DNA of 64,000 nt from Octopus vulgaris. Its lineage: Eukaryota. Below the pieces are notes generated by a model. The model did no database searches and was not told the origin of the DNA. It saw only the letters and a program-made list of their open reading frames with translations. Shown here piece after piece: positions 55,629 through 64,000 of the stretch. The stretch spans positions 71,052,001 to 71,116,000 of the forward strand of contig OX597833.1 in NCBI GenBank assembly GCA_951406725.2, in the 5' to 3' direction. The position numbers were made by a program, and so were the translations under genes. Within the stretch, counting starts at the first letter, position 1; every line of letters starts with the position of its first letter.

Positions 55629-55859
55629 GGCACTGTAAATTTAGGGTGAATACTTTATAAGTGTAAGCACCTGTGTATGCCAGATAGTGGCAGAGGTGAG
55701 AGAGAATATATCAAAATAAAATTAAAAACAGAACACAAAGGATATTGTGATACATGATATCCTAATACACTGATGTAATAACAGATTGTTTATAAAGCTT
55801 GAAACAGGTGTACTGCGATATCCTTTGTGTTCTGTTTTTAATTTTAGTTGATATATATG

Positions 55860-56380
55860 TATGAGGGTGAGTCAAAAAGTAATGCCATTTTGTTTAGGAT
55901 AGGTATAATCACTAACACAGGAACATGTAATCATACATCAAAATGGAGCTGGTCCTCTGTGGATCACATCTCTACTTCTCAACATAGTCACCATTTCTCT
56001 CAAGAGCAATGTTCCACCTTCGAATGAGAGCATGTATCCCTGCCCCGTAAAATTCTGTTGACTGTTCTTTGAGCCACTTCTTCACTACAAAGTCAAAGGG
56101 ACAACACCTTCTTTTGAAGGCTCGTAACAGGTGATGAAACGTGGGCTCATCATTATGAACCGGAATCAAAGAGGCAGTCAATGGAATGGTGCTACTCTAC
56201 GTCACCAGCTGGAAAAATCATGGTGACTGTCTTTTGGGATGCTCAAGGGGTCATTCTGGTCGATTTCTTGCCAAAAGGAAAAACAATAAACTCATAATAA
56301 GCTTCATGTTGATGTCTGATATATGTTCCTGTGTTGGTAATTATATCCGTCCTAAACAAAATGGCATTACTTTTTGACTT
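55860..56380. mobile_element. Mariner deletion derivative with internal inversion
   Basis: TIRs gagtcaaaaagtaatgccattttgtttagga / tcctaaacaaaatggcattactttttgact. Minus strand gives the C-terminus WLKEQSTEFYGAGIHALIRRWNIALERNGDYVEK*; plus strand gives LVTGDETWAHHYEPESKRQSMEW and KIMVTVFWDAQGVILVDFLPKGKTINS. Confidence 0.88.
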
Positions 56381-57125
56381 TTAGTTTCTGTCTACAAAAT
56401 TCACCAACAAGTCTTTGGGTCAGCCTGAGCTGAGGTTATAGCAGAAGACACTTGCCCAAGTGCCACACACTGGGACTGAACCCAGAACCATGTAATAAGA
56501 AGCAAACTTCTTATTACACAGCCACGCCTGTTCCTATACATCCTCCTCATCATCATCATCATCATCATCATCGTTTAACGTCTGCTTTCCATGCTAGCAT
56601 GGGTTGGACGGTTCAACTGGGGTCTGGGAAGCCAGGAGGCTGCACCAGGCCAGTCAGATCTGGCAGTGTTTCTACAGCTGGATGCCATTCCTAATGCCAA
56701 CCACTCCTAGAGTGTAGTGGGTGATTTTATGTGCCACCGACACAGGTGCCAGACGAGGCTGGCGAACGGCCACGCTCGGATGGTGTTTGTTACGTGCCCA
56801 CAGCACGGAGGCCAGTCGATGCGGTACTGGCTACGACCATGTTCGGATGGTTTTCTTATATGCCACTGGCACTGGTACCACAAAGGTACAAATTCCATTG
56901 ATGTTCATCTATTTTGATTTGGTAAAGATGATTAATAAAACAAAACAGTCAATACTTTCCTTTCGTTTTTTGTTTATTTCCTCAATTTCTAATTTTAAAA
57001 GCTAGTTTTGTTGAACTTCCTCTGTGGAGTAGAGCAACCTCCAGATGATAAAACCGAGTCAATAAGAACGAGAGGCAGAGATGCAGAGAAGCTCATTGAT
57101 TAACTCTTTGCTGATGTGTGGGAAT

Positions 57126-57378
57126 TGTAACGAGGGTCTCGACGACCGACCAAGGCAGCCATGTTGAAGTTGGTTGATTGATTGATTGTCTGATTGACTG
57201 ATTGCTAATGAGCGCAGCAAAGAAACAACACAGTTGGATTAGATGTGAGTTGTCTGCTGGAGAATGTCTGGCATATTTATTATATTCCTTAACGACCACC
57301 TGACGATGGAGGGATTCAATGGTGGCTGTAAAGTGAATTCATACTGTACTGGTCGATGGTTTTAACAGGACTTTTACA
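57126..57378 (-). mobile_element. Possible solo LTR
   Basis: TGTAA...TTACA termini, internal TATA/AATAAA-like motif on the minus strand, no clear TSD. Confidence 0.3.
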
Positions 57379-57406
57379 GTGTGTGTGTGTGTGTGTGTGT
57401 AATCTA

Positions 57407-57796
57407 TACTCTTTTTACTCTTTTACTTGTTTCAGTCATTTGACTGCGGCCATGCTGGAGCATCGCCTTTAGTCGAGCAAATCGACCCCGGGACTTATTC
57501 TTTGTAAGCCCAGTACATATTCTATCGGTCTCTTTTGCCGAACCGCTAAGTAACGGGGACGTAAACACACCAGCATCGGTTGTCAAGCAATGCTAGGGGG
57601 ACAAACACAGACACAAAAACACACACACACATACATATATATGACAGGCTTCTTTCAGTTTCCGTCTACCAAATCCACTCACAAAGCTTTGGTCGGCCCG
57701 AGAGAAGACACTTGCCCAAGGTGCCACGCAGTGGGACTGAACCCGGAATCATGTGGTTGGTTAGCAAGCTACTTACCACACAGCCACTCCTGCGCC
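57407..57796 (-). mobile_element. SINE family A
   Basis: Homology to 4493-4890. Confidence 0.88.
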
Positions 57797-57914
57797 TATA
57801 TATATATATTATCTATATATGTAATCTATATATATGTATGTGAGTATAAATAAATAAATAAATATATATATATATGTGTGTGTGTATAAATAAATAAATA
57901 TATATATATGTGTG

Positions 57915-58486
57915 TGTGGTCCGATCAATAAATATCCAGACTGTTGCTATAGTAACGAAGCTAAACTGTGTCGGGTGAAGTCACTTGGCACAGGTTGACC
58001 TTGCACTCGGCTGTGCATGTGTACTAAGTTTCAAAAATTCTAGCTTACTTTTGCTGTTTACAGCAGTGCTTGGAAGGAAGGTGTGTAGTATGCACATCTG
58101 CGATGATTTTCTCAGTTCTGCTGGTTGCGAGTCTCCCAGAAAATTCGTCACTATTGGCATTTTTTCAGCCATTTTTGAAACATCTGAACCACTCTTACAC
58201 ATGTGTGTGGCTCATACACTCCTCTCCATACACTTTCTGCAACTTTCCATAGGGCTCTGAGCAGGTATTGCCATGACAATTTTCTGTCATGGTCAATGTG
58301 ATGATCCCACGCTACACACCTTCCTTCCAAGCACTGCTGTAAACACTAGAAGTGAGCTAGAATGTTAACACTTAGTACACGTGCACAGCAGAGTTCAATG
58401 TCAGTCTGTGTCAAGCAGCTTCACTCTGTGTGCTTTAGCTTTGTTACTATGGCAACAGTCCGGATACTTATTAGTCAGACCTTGTA
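57915..58486. mobile_element. Mariner-derived MITE with ~175 bp inverted arms
   Basis: Long TIRs (ccagactgttgctatagtaac...ggaaggaaggtgtgtag / ctacacaccttccttcc...gttactatggcaacagtccgg). Internal minus-strand peptide SEPYGKLQKVYGEECMSHTHV*EWFRCFKNG resembles the mariner HTH. Confidence 0.8.
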
Positions 58487-58496
58487 TATATTTATA

Positions 58497-58676
58497 CAAA
58501 TGTTTCTGTACCAACTCTATTTGCCAGTTTACGCAAGCATGTAGCAGCTCACCTTTGATGCAAGTCTGAGGATGTACCTCTTCAATGTCTAAAACCGCAA
58601 ACATTATGTAAATTTTCACTTAGAAGTTTTGCGTAAACTAGCGATGGAATTAGAGAGTTGGTACAGAAACAATTTG
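58497..58676. mobile_element. Small MITE-like inverted repeat
   Basis: tgtttctgtaccaactct...agtttacgcaa versus ttgcgtaaact...agagttggtacagaaaca. Confidence 0.55.
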
Positions 58677-58830
58677 AACGAATCATTAATGAATTTTCTT
58701 TGTCTTCTTCTTATCATTTAGATTACATTATTCTTTAGCAAGAATGTTGTTGACAGTGAGTTCGAAGCTCTGGCCGATGTATATACATATATATATATAT
58801 ATGCATGTATAAATATATATGTATGTATAT

Positions 58831-58895
<65 letters not shown>

Positions 58896-58896
<1 letters not shown>

Positions 58897-59122
58897 TTTA
58901 TTTAAAGCAGCAGAAAATTCAACAAAGCCTGTTACTCTGAGTTTCCGTTGCCGTTCATCGGACAGTTTTTGCTAGAAAAAACTGTCCGATGAACGGCAAC
59001 GGGAAACTCAGAGTAACAGGTTTTGTTGAATTTTCTGCTGCTTTAAATAAAGCATATTACTCTACCACTGGTGTTTGAGTACTCTTTTTTTCCACCTTGT
59101 TTCACATTTATGTGTTTACTCC

Positions 59123-59125
<3 letters not shown>
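58896..59125 (+). mobile_element. Penelope-like/retrozyme-like 3' end with inverted duplication, inserted in (TA)n
   Basis: ~75 bp near-perfect inverted arms (58896-58970 / 58977-59052), hammerhead motif, AATAAA and U-rich tail, with (TA)n on both sides. Confidence 0.6.
58982..59019 (+). ncRNA. Minimal type I hammerhead-like motif (U4C core variant)
   Basis: CUGU-CCGAUGA-a CG gcaa CG g-GAAA-CUC a GAG-UA^-ACAG: stem I CUGU/ACAG, GNRA-capped stem II, GUA triplet. A second copy lies on the minus strand in the left arm of the palindrome. Confidence 0.7.
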
Positions 59126-59204
<79 letters not shown>

Positions 59205-59207
<3 letters not shown>

Positions 59208-59382
59208 CGGGAAGGTTTACGAAAATAAACAAAAGACGAAGGCAGGTGGAGTACAAACAAACAAATGTATTAGTATAGCGCTCAGGAATAGAAAAAGCCT
59301 TTTACGTTTCGAGCCTACGCTCTTCTACAGAAAGGGACACAGAAAAGAAACAAGGAGAGAAAAAAATGTGTTAGGAGCTAAC
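59205..59382 (-). mobile_element. Short (TA)n-associated element with degenerate hammerhead-like motif (copy 2)
   Basis: Reverse-complement homolog of 55408-55592: CCTTT-CTGTAGAA-GAGC gtag GCTC-GAAA-CGTA-AAAGG. Confidence 0.6.
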
Positions 59383-59508
59383 AGTCCATCATGGTGTTAT
59401 TGGTTTCTCTTGATGAACTGGTATGTTACAGGGACATAAACACGTCAGTATGGGGGTCAAGCAGTAAAGGGGAACAAACAGACACAAAGAGAAACACAAC
59501 ACACACAG

Positions 59509-59539
<31 letters not shown>

Positions 59540-59997
59540 CACACATACGACGGGCTTCTTTCAGTTTCTGTCTCCCAAATCCATTCACAAGGCTTTGTTC
59601 AGCCTGAGGCTATAATAGAAGGCACTCGCCCAAAGTGCCACTCAGTGAGACTGAACTCGGAACCATGTGGTTGGTAAGCAAACTCATCACTGCACACCCA
59701 CACCCAAACCTCACCATTATTATCATCATTTTAATGCCAACTTTTCCATTCTTCCATGGCTTTGACAGAATTTGTTGAGACAGATTTTCTGCAACTGGAT
59801 GCCCTTCCTGTTGCCAACCCTCAGCTGTTTCCGAACAATTTAATACTCTTTTTGTAGCTAAAAATGTTATTCTTGAAAGATTGGAAATGAAGGACACTGC
59901 TTGTATGACAGTGAGGATCGTTTACAACTATTATGTGACATGAAGACAAGAAGCACACAAATACACAAACACACATACACATGATATATATATATAT

Positions 59998-60035
<38 letters not shown>

Positions 60036-60039
60036 ACAT

Positions 60040-60119
<80 letters not shown>

Positions 60120-61487
60120 GGAGACCCCCTTTGGTCACGACACAGACCATGGGATTGCACCTAGAAAGTTACCCTCCTAGACACAAGTCCGGGCAAGGTT
60201 GTTTATGGAAGGCCAGCAGTCGCCCACGCATACCAGCCTCCCTCTCCACGCCACCAGTGTTATCCAAGGGAAAGACGAAGGTCGATACAGCTTGGCACCA
60301 GTGACGTCGCAACTCATTTCTACAGCTGAGTGAACTGGAGCAACGTGAAATAAAGTGCCTTGCTCAAGAACACAACACGCAAAACATTTGCAGCGTGGAA
60401 GGTGTTTATAAGCCATTTTAAAACACACAAAAAACTGTTAGATTCACTTCAAGAGAGGACAGGTCATGGTTTTTGCCAACATTCAAGACATTCTTTGGAT
60501 TTGATCAATGATTCTTTCTCTTACAAACACCATTAAATTGTGTTCCATACAATGTAAACTGCTCTGGTGTAGATATTGTATTGATATGAATTTATTTCTT
60601 CAACTGTTCTGTCAGATTATTTAGAAATCCATTGAGAGGAAAGTGAAGACCACATGCAGATATTCATTCACTGAGAGCCACAATCATTGTCTGACTGAAC
60701 AAATGAATTAATAATTCTGTTTGCCTGCCATGTTTAATGACTTAACGAGGTAAGCTCCGTTTATTGTGGCTAATCTTAATTATCTCCATTCTCTTTAAAT
60801 CATCCATTTTAGTTGTTTGTGTATTTTGACAGATTTCACTCAGGTCAATGCTGGAGCATTAACCTTCAATGGATTATTTTTAGTTGGTCTTAAAGGGATG
60901 AAAAAAACCCCTCAAAACCCTCCCCCCCAAAAAAAACCATGGCCTTCACTCACAAATGAGTATGACTTGGTGGCAGCAGGTACCATGCTTTGGTTAACTG
61001 TTTCAGGTACCCATGATGTACCTTGCCTTTGTTAACTGTTTCAGGTATCCGTGTAATCATGAACACACATAAACACCTTGTCCTTCCCACTCTTGATCCA
61101 ACAGAAAACATCCAGGATGTGGCAGTTGGAAGGGGCAAAGGTGGCAGCAGGACTGGGCCGGGATTCCTTATCAGATGACTAAACTGAAGCTAATGGGAAG
61201 CAAATTGTCTCATTCAAGGACATAACATGCTGCTCCCGTGGCTGGACCCACAACTTAGTGATCATGCACATAACGCCCTAGACACAAGGCCATGCACCTC
61301 CACTTAATCATTAAGAACCCCAATAATTATTTCACCCGGGTACTTATTTTATTGATCTCTATTTATCGAATGGCTAGGTTACATCACTTTTGCAATAAAG
61401 AAATATATCTTGACACTTTGGTTTACACACACACATCATCATCATCATCATTTGACATCCATTTTCCATGCTGGCATGAGTCGAACG

Positions 61488-62930
61488 GTTTGGACATCTC
61501 TCACCAAATGCTTGTCTATCCCTAGTTTCCACATTGCCCACAGGATAACAGAATGGGTGATCCAGTCAAAGGTCAGCAAAAGCCGAGTACAGTGGCGGTA
61601 GTGGTGGTGGTGGTGGTGGTGGTGGTGGTGGTGGTGGTGGTGGTGGTGGTGGTGGTGGTGGTGGTGGTGGTGGTGGTGGTGGTGGTGGTGGTGGTGGTGG
61701 TGGTGGTGGTGGTGGTGGTGGTGGTGGTGGTGGTGGTGGTGGTGGTGGTGGTGGTGGTGGTGGTGGTGGTGGTGGTGGTGGTGGTGGTGGTGGTGGTGGT
61801 GGTGGTGGTGGTGGTGGTGGTGGTGGTGGTGGTGGTGGTGGTGGTGGTGGTGGTGGTGGTGGTGGTGGTGGTGGTGGTGGTGGTGGTGGTGGTGGTGGTG
61901 GTGGTGGTGGTGGTGGTGGTGGTGGTGGTGGTGGTGGTGGTGGTGGTGGTGGTGGTGGTGGTGGTGGTGGTGGTGGTGGTGGTGGTGGTGGTGGTGGTGG
62001 TGGTGGTGGTGGTGGTGGTGGTGGTGGTGGTGGTGGTGGTGGTGGTGGTGGTGGTGGTGGTGGTGGTGGTGGTGGTGGTGGTGGTGGTGGTGGTGGTGGT
62101 GGTGGTGGTGGTGGTGGTGGTGGTGGTGGTGGTGGTGGTGGTGGTGGTGGTGGTGGTGGTGGTGGTGGTGGTGGTGGTGGTGGTGGTGGTGGTGGTGGTG
62201 GTGGTGGTGGTGGTGGTGGTGGTGGTGGTGGTGGTGGTGGTGGTGGTGGTGGTGGTGGTGGTGGTGGTGGTGGTGGTGGTGGTGGTGGTGGTGGTGGTGG
62301 TGGTGGTGGTGGTGGTGGTGGTGGTGGTGGTGGTGGTGGTGGTGGTGGTGGTGGTGGTGGTGGTGGTGGTGGTGGTGGTGGTGGTGGTGGTGGTGGTGGT
62401 GGTGGTGGTGGTGGTGGTGGTGGTGGTGGTGGTGGTGGTGGTGGTGGTGGTGGTGGTGGTGGTGGTGGTGGTGGTGGTGGTGGTGGTGGTGGTGGTGGTG
62501 GTGGTGGTGGTGGTGGTGGTGACGGCAGTGGTGGTGGTGGTGGTGGTGGTGGTGGTGGTGGTGGTGGTGGTGGTGGTGGGGGTTATTTTTGGCCAAGCGC
62601 TTCTGCTGCGGCTGCCTCACCTGGAAGATAGCTTTGGTAGTGTTTCTTTCAGGTACAAAAACCAAGCTGCATCTCACCTAGGTTAACTCTTTTCCTAATT
62701 AATTGACTCGTTACTCTTTCTGTAACTTTCATCACCTGTTCCAGTAATTGGATGACTCTGTAATTACTTCTGTCCAAGGTATCCCTTTTACCTTTACAGG
62801 AGTGACTCCCTTGTGGACAACCTGACTAACTCTATGGGTGACAAGCTCATATCCCACTCCACCAGATATTTTAAGCGTCTCAGTGGTGATTCCTGATGGG
62901 CCAGGAGCTTTCTGTGTACCATACTTCATG
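61488..62930 (-). mobile_element. RTE-clade LINE reverse-transcriptase relic interrupted by (GGT)n
   Basis: Minus-strand peptides KAPGPSGITTETLK, ERNTTKAIFQVRQPQQKRLAKNNP, PLYSAFADL and FDWITHSVILWAMWKLGID match RTE RT motifs (KAxGPxGI, STxDAIFxxRQLQEK, PLYxAFVDLEKAFD). Frameshifted. Confidence 0.8.
61601..62579. repeat. (GGT)n trinucleotide tract, ~980 bp
   Basis: Essentially pure GGT from 61601 to 62521, one short interruption, then more GGT. Confidence 0.98.
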
Positions 62931-63004
62931 TGTGTGAGTGTGTATTTCGTTTTTGGATTTGGTTTGCAAGATTCTTTCTGTGAGATCGTGTGTTGAAGCA
63001 TATT

Positions 63005-63120
63005 CTGTTGTGTCTGGAGAGAGTCATTTTCTTTTTGTGACTTATAATTTAGCAAACTCACCAGTGACTGTGTTAAATTATAAGGCACCAAAAGAGAATG
63101 ACTCTCCCCAGACACAACAG
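63005..63120. repeat. ~116 bp imperfect palindrome (mini-MITE-like)
   Basis: ctgttgtgtctggagagagtcattttc...cttataattt / aaattataag...gagaatgactctccccagacacaacag. Confidence 0.7.
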
Positions 63121-63156
<36 letters not shown>

Positions 63157-63684
63157 CTTACTTGGAGAAGAGAAACGACGTGTGCGTTCAGTCATATAAT
63201 AACAATATAATAAATAAATAAAATATATGCATATATACATACGCATATGTACATACTTACATCTATATGTATATATACAAGCATATATATATATATGAGT
63301 ACAGGACACCACAAATAAACGTAGAACACGAGAAATGAAAACAAAATCAAACAAGGAAATGGACCTTTTTTTAACAACGAAAAAACAGAGTACAGGACAA
63401 ACAATACAAGGAATATTCCCCTGCATCAGCTGCCCCTGGTTCGACTCAATGCGTGTTTTTGCAATTCACCTGACTGGTTCCCATACAGTTTCACCTGCAT
63501 TACACTTACAAGCTATGGATGGACCAGGGACTACAAAAAGTGACATTTGCCCAAGATGCCATACTGTAGGCTTGACCTCACGATTGCAAAGCAAACTTCT
63601 TCACCACAGCCCCATATCATGCATCTCTTTTGTATTTCCAATATTTAATATTATGCGAGAGATTTCTAACATAGGATCAAAGCT

Positions 63685-63904
63685 TTAACTCTTCCGATAC
63701 TGTATTTATTACTGTGTTTCTTTCAATTACTTTAAATATAACAAAGAATTTAGTAAAACAACTTCGTTATCATTCAGCTAGTATTAGGAACATAAATTGT
63801 GACTAAGGTTTGGTGGGAGATTTTAATTCAAAACTTTTGAAAACAAGACATTTGTATTACAGAGCCAGAGGCGGTTTCAGCCGGGTTGGTATCAAAAGGG
63901 TTAA
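63685..63904. mobile_element. TTAA-flanked MITE (second family)
   Basis: ttaactcttccgatac...gtatcaaaagggttaa. Related sequence at ~35330-35752 and ~31099-31330. Confidence 0.6.
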
Positions 63905-64000
63905 TTTGCAGATTTTGTTTCACATAGTTGTTTGACTTGTTAGAAATAGCAGCCAAATCTTGTGCAAATTGAAAACATATTTGACTGACTGTCTTTAACC

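Noticed and set aside
57296-57325. CCAC-CTGACGA...GTGG partial hammerhead
   Set aside because: No GAAA or stem III.
4490-57853. Recurrent ORFs such as EDTCPRCHAVGLNPEPCGW, LQHGRSQMTETSK and YIYIYI
   Set aside because: They are translations of SINE family A and (TA)n/(TAGA)n repeats, not genes.
61448-62686. 409 aa poly-His and 377 aa poly-Val ORFs
   Set aside because: These are translations of the (GGT)n microsatellite inside an RTE relic.

Overview
Eukaryotic, AT-rich, repeat-dense DNA. The SINE families, RTE-type tails, (TA)n/(TAGA)n microsatellites and TTAA MITEs look like a coleoid cephalopod (Octopus-like) genome; this is inference from repeat style. Only one credible protein-coding gene is present: an intronless, intact eIF5A on the minus strand (48355-48825) with a TCT/TOP-like start and an AATAAA about 1.5 kb downstream. 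It sits in a ~12 kb strongly TE-depleted block. A co-oriented cluster of five tRNA-Ala genes (4 TGC, 1 CGC) plus one deletion relic spans 8964-20766, and shared flanks suggest an anticodon switch after duplication. Most other ORFs in the track are repeat or microsatellite artefacts. The most striking signal is a set of short elements from several unrelated families, most abutting (TA)n tracts, that share one layout: minimal type I hammerhead ribozyme core, then a ~100 nt U-rich tail, then (TA)n. One core is textbook-intact (17845-17887, minus), one is duplicated into a ~157 bp palindrome with a ribozyme on each strand, and several are degenerate. These look like Penelope-like (pLTR) or retrozyme-like ends targeting TA microsatellites. 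Also present: a foldback-like inverted array, a complete non-autonomous Helitron, mariner/hAT/piggyBac-type MITEs, and a ~1 kb (GGT)n tract inside an RTE reverse-transcriptase relic.
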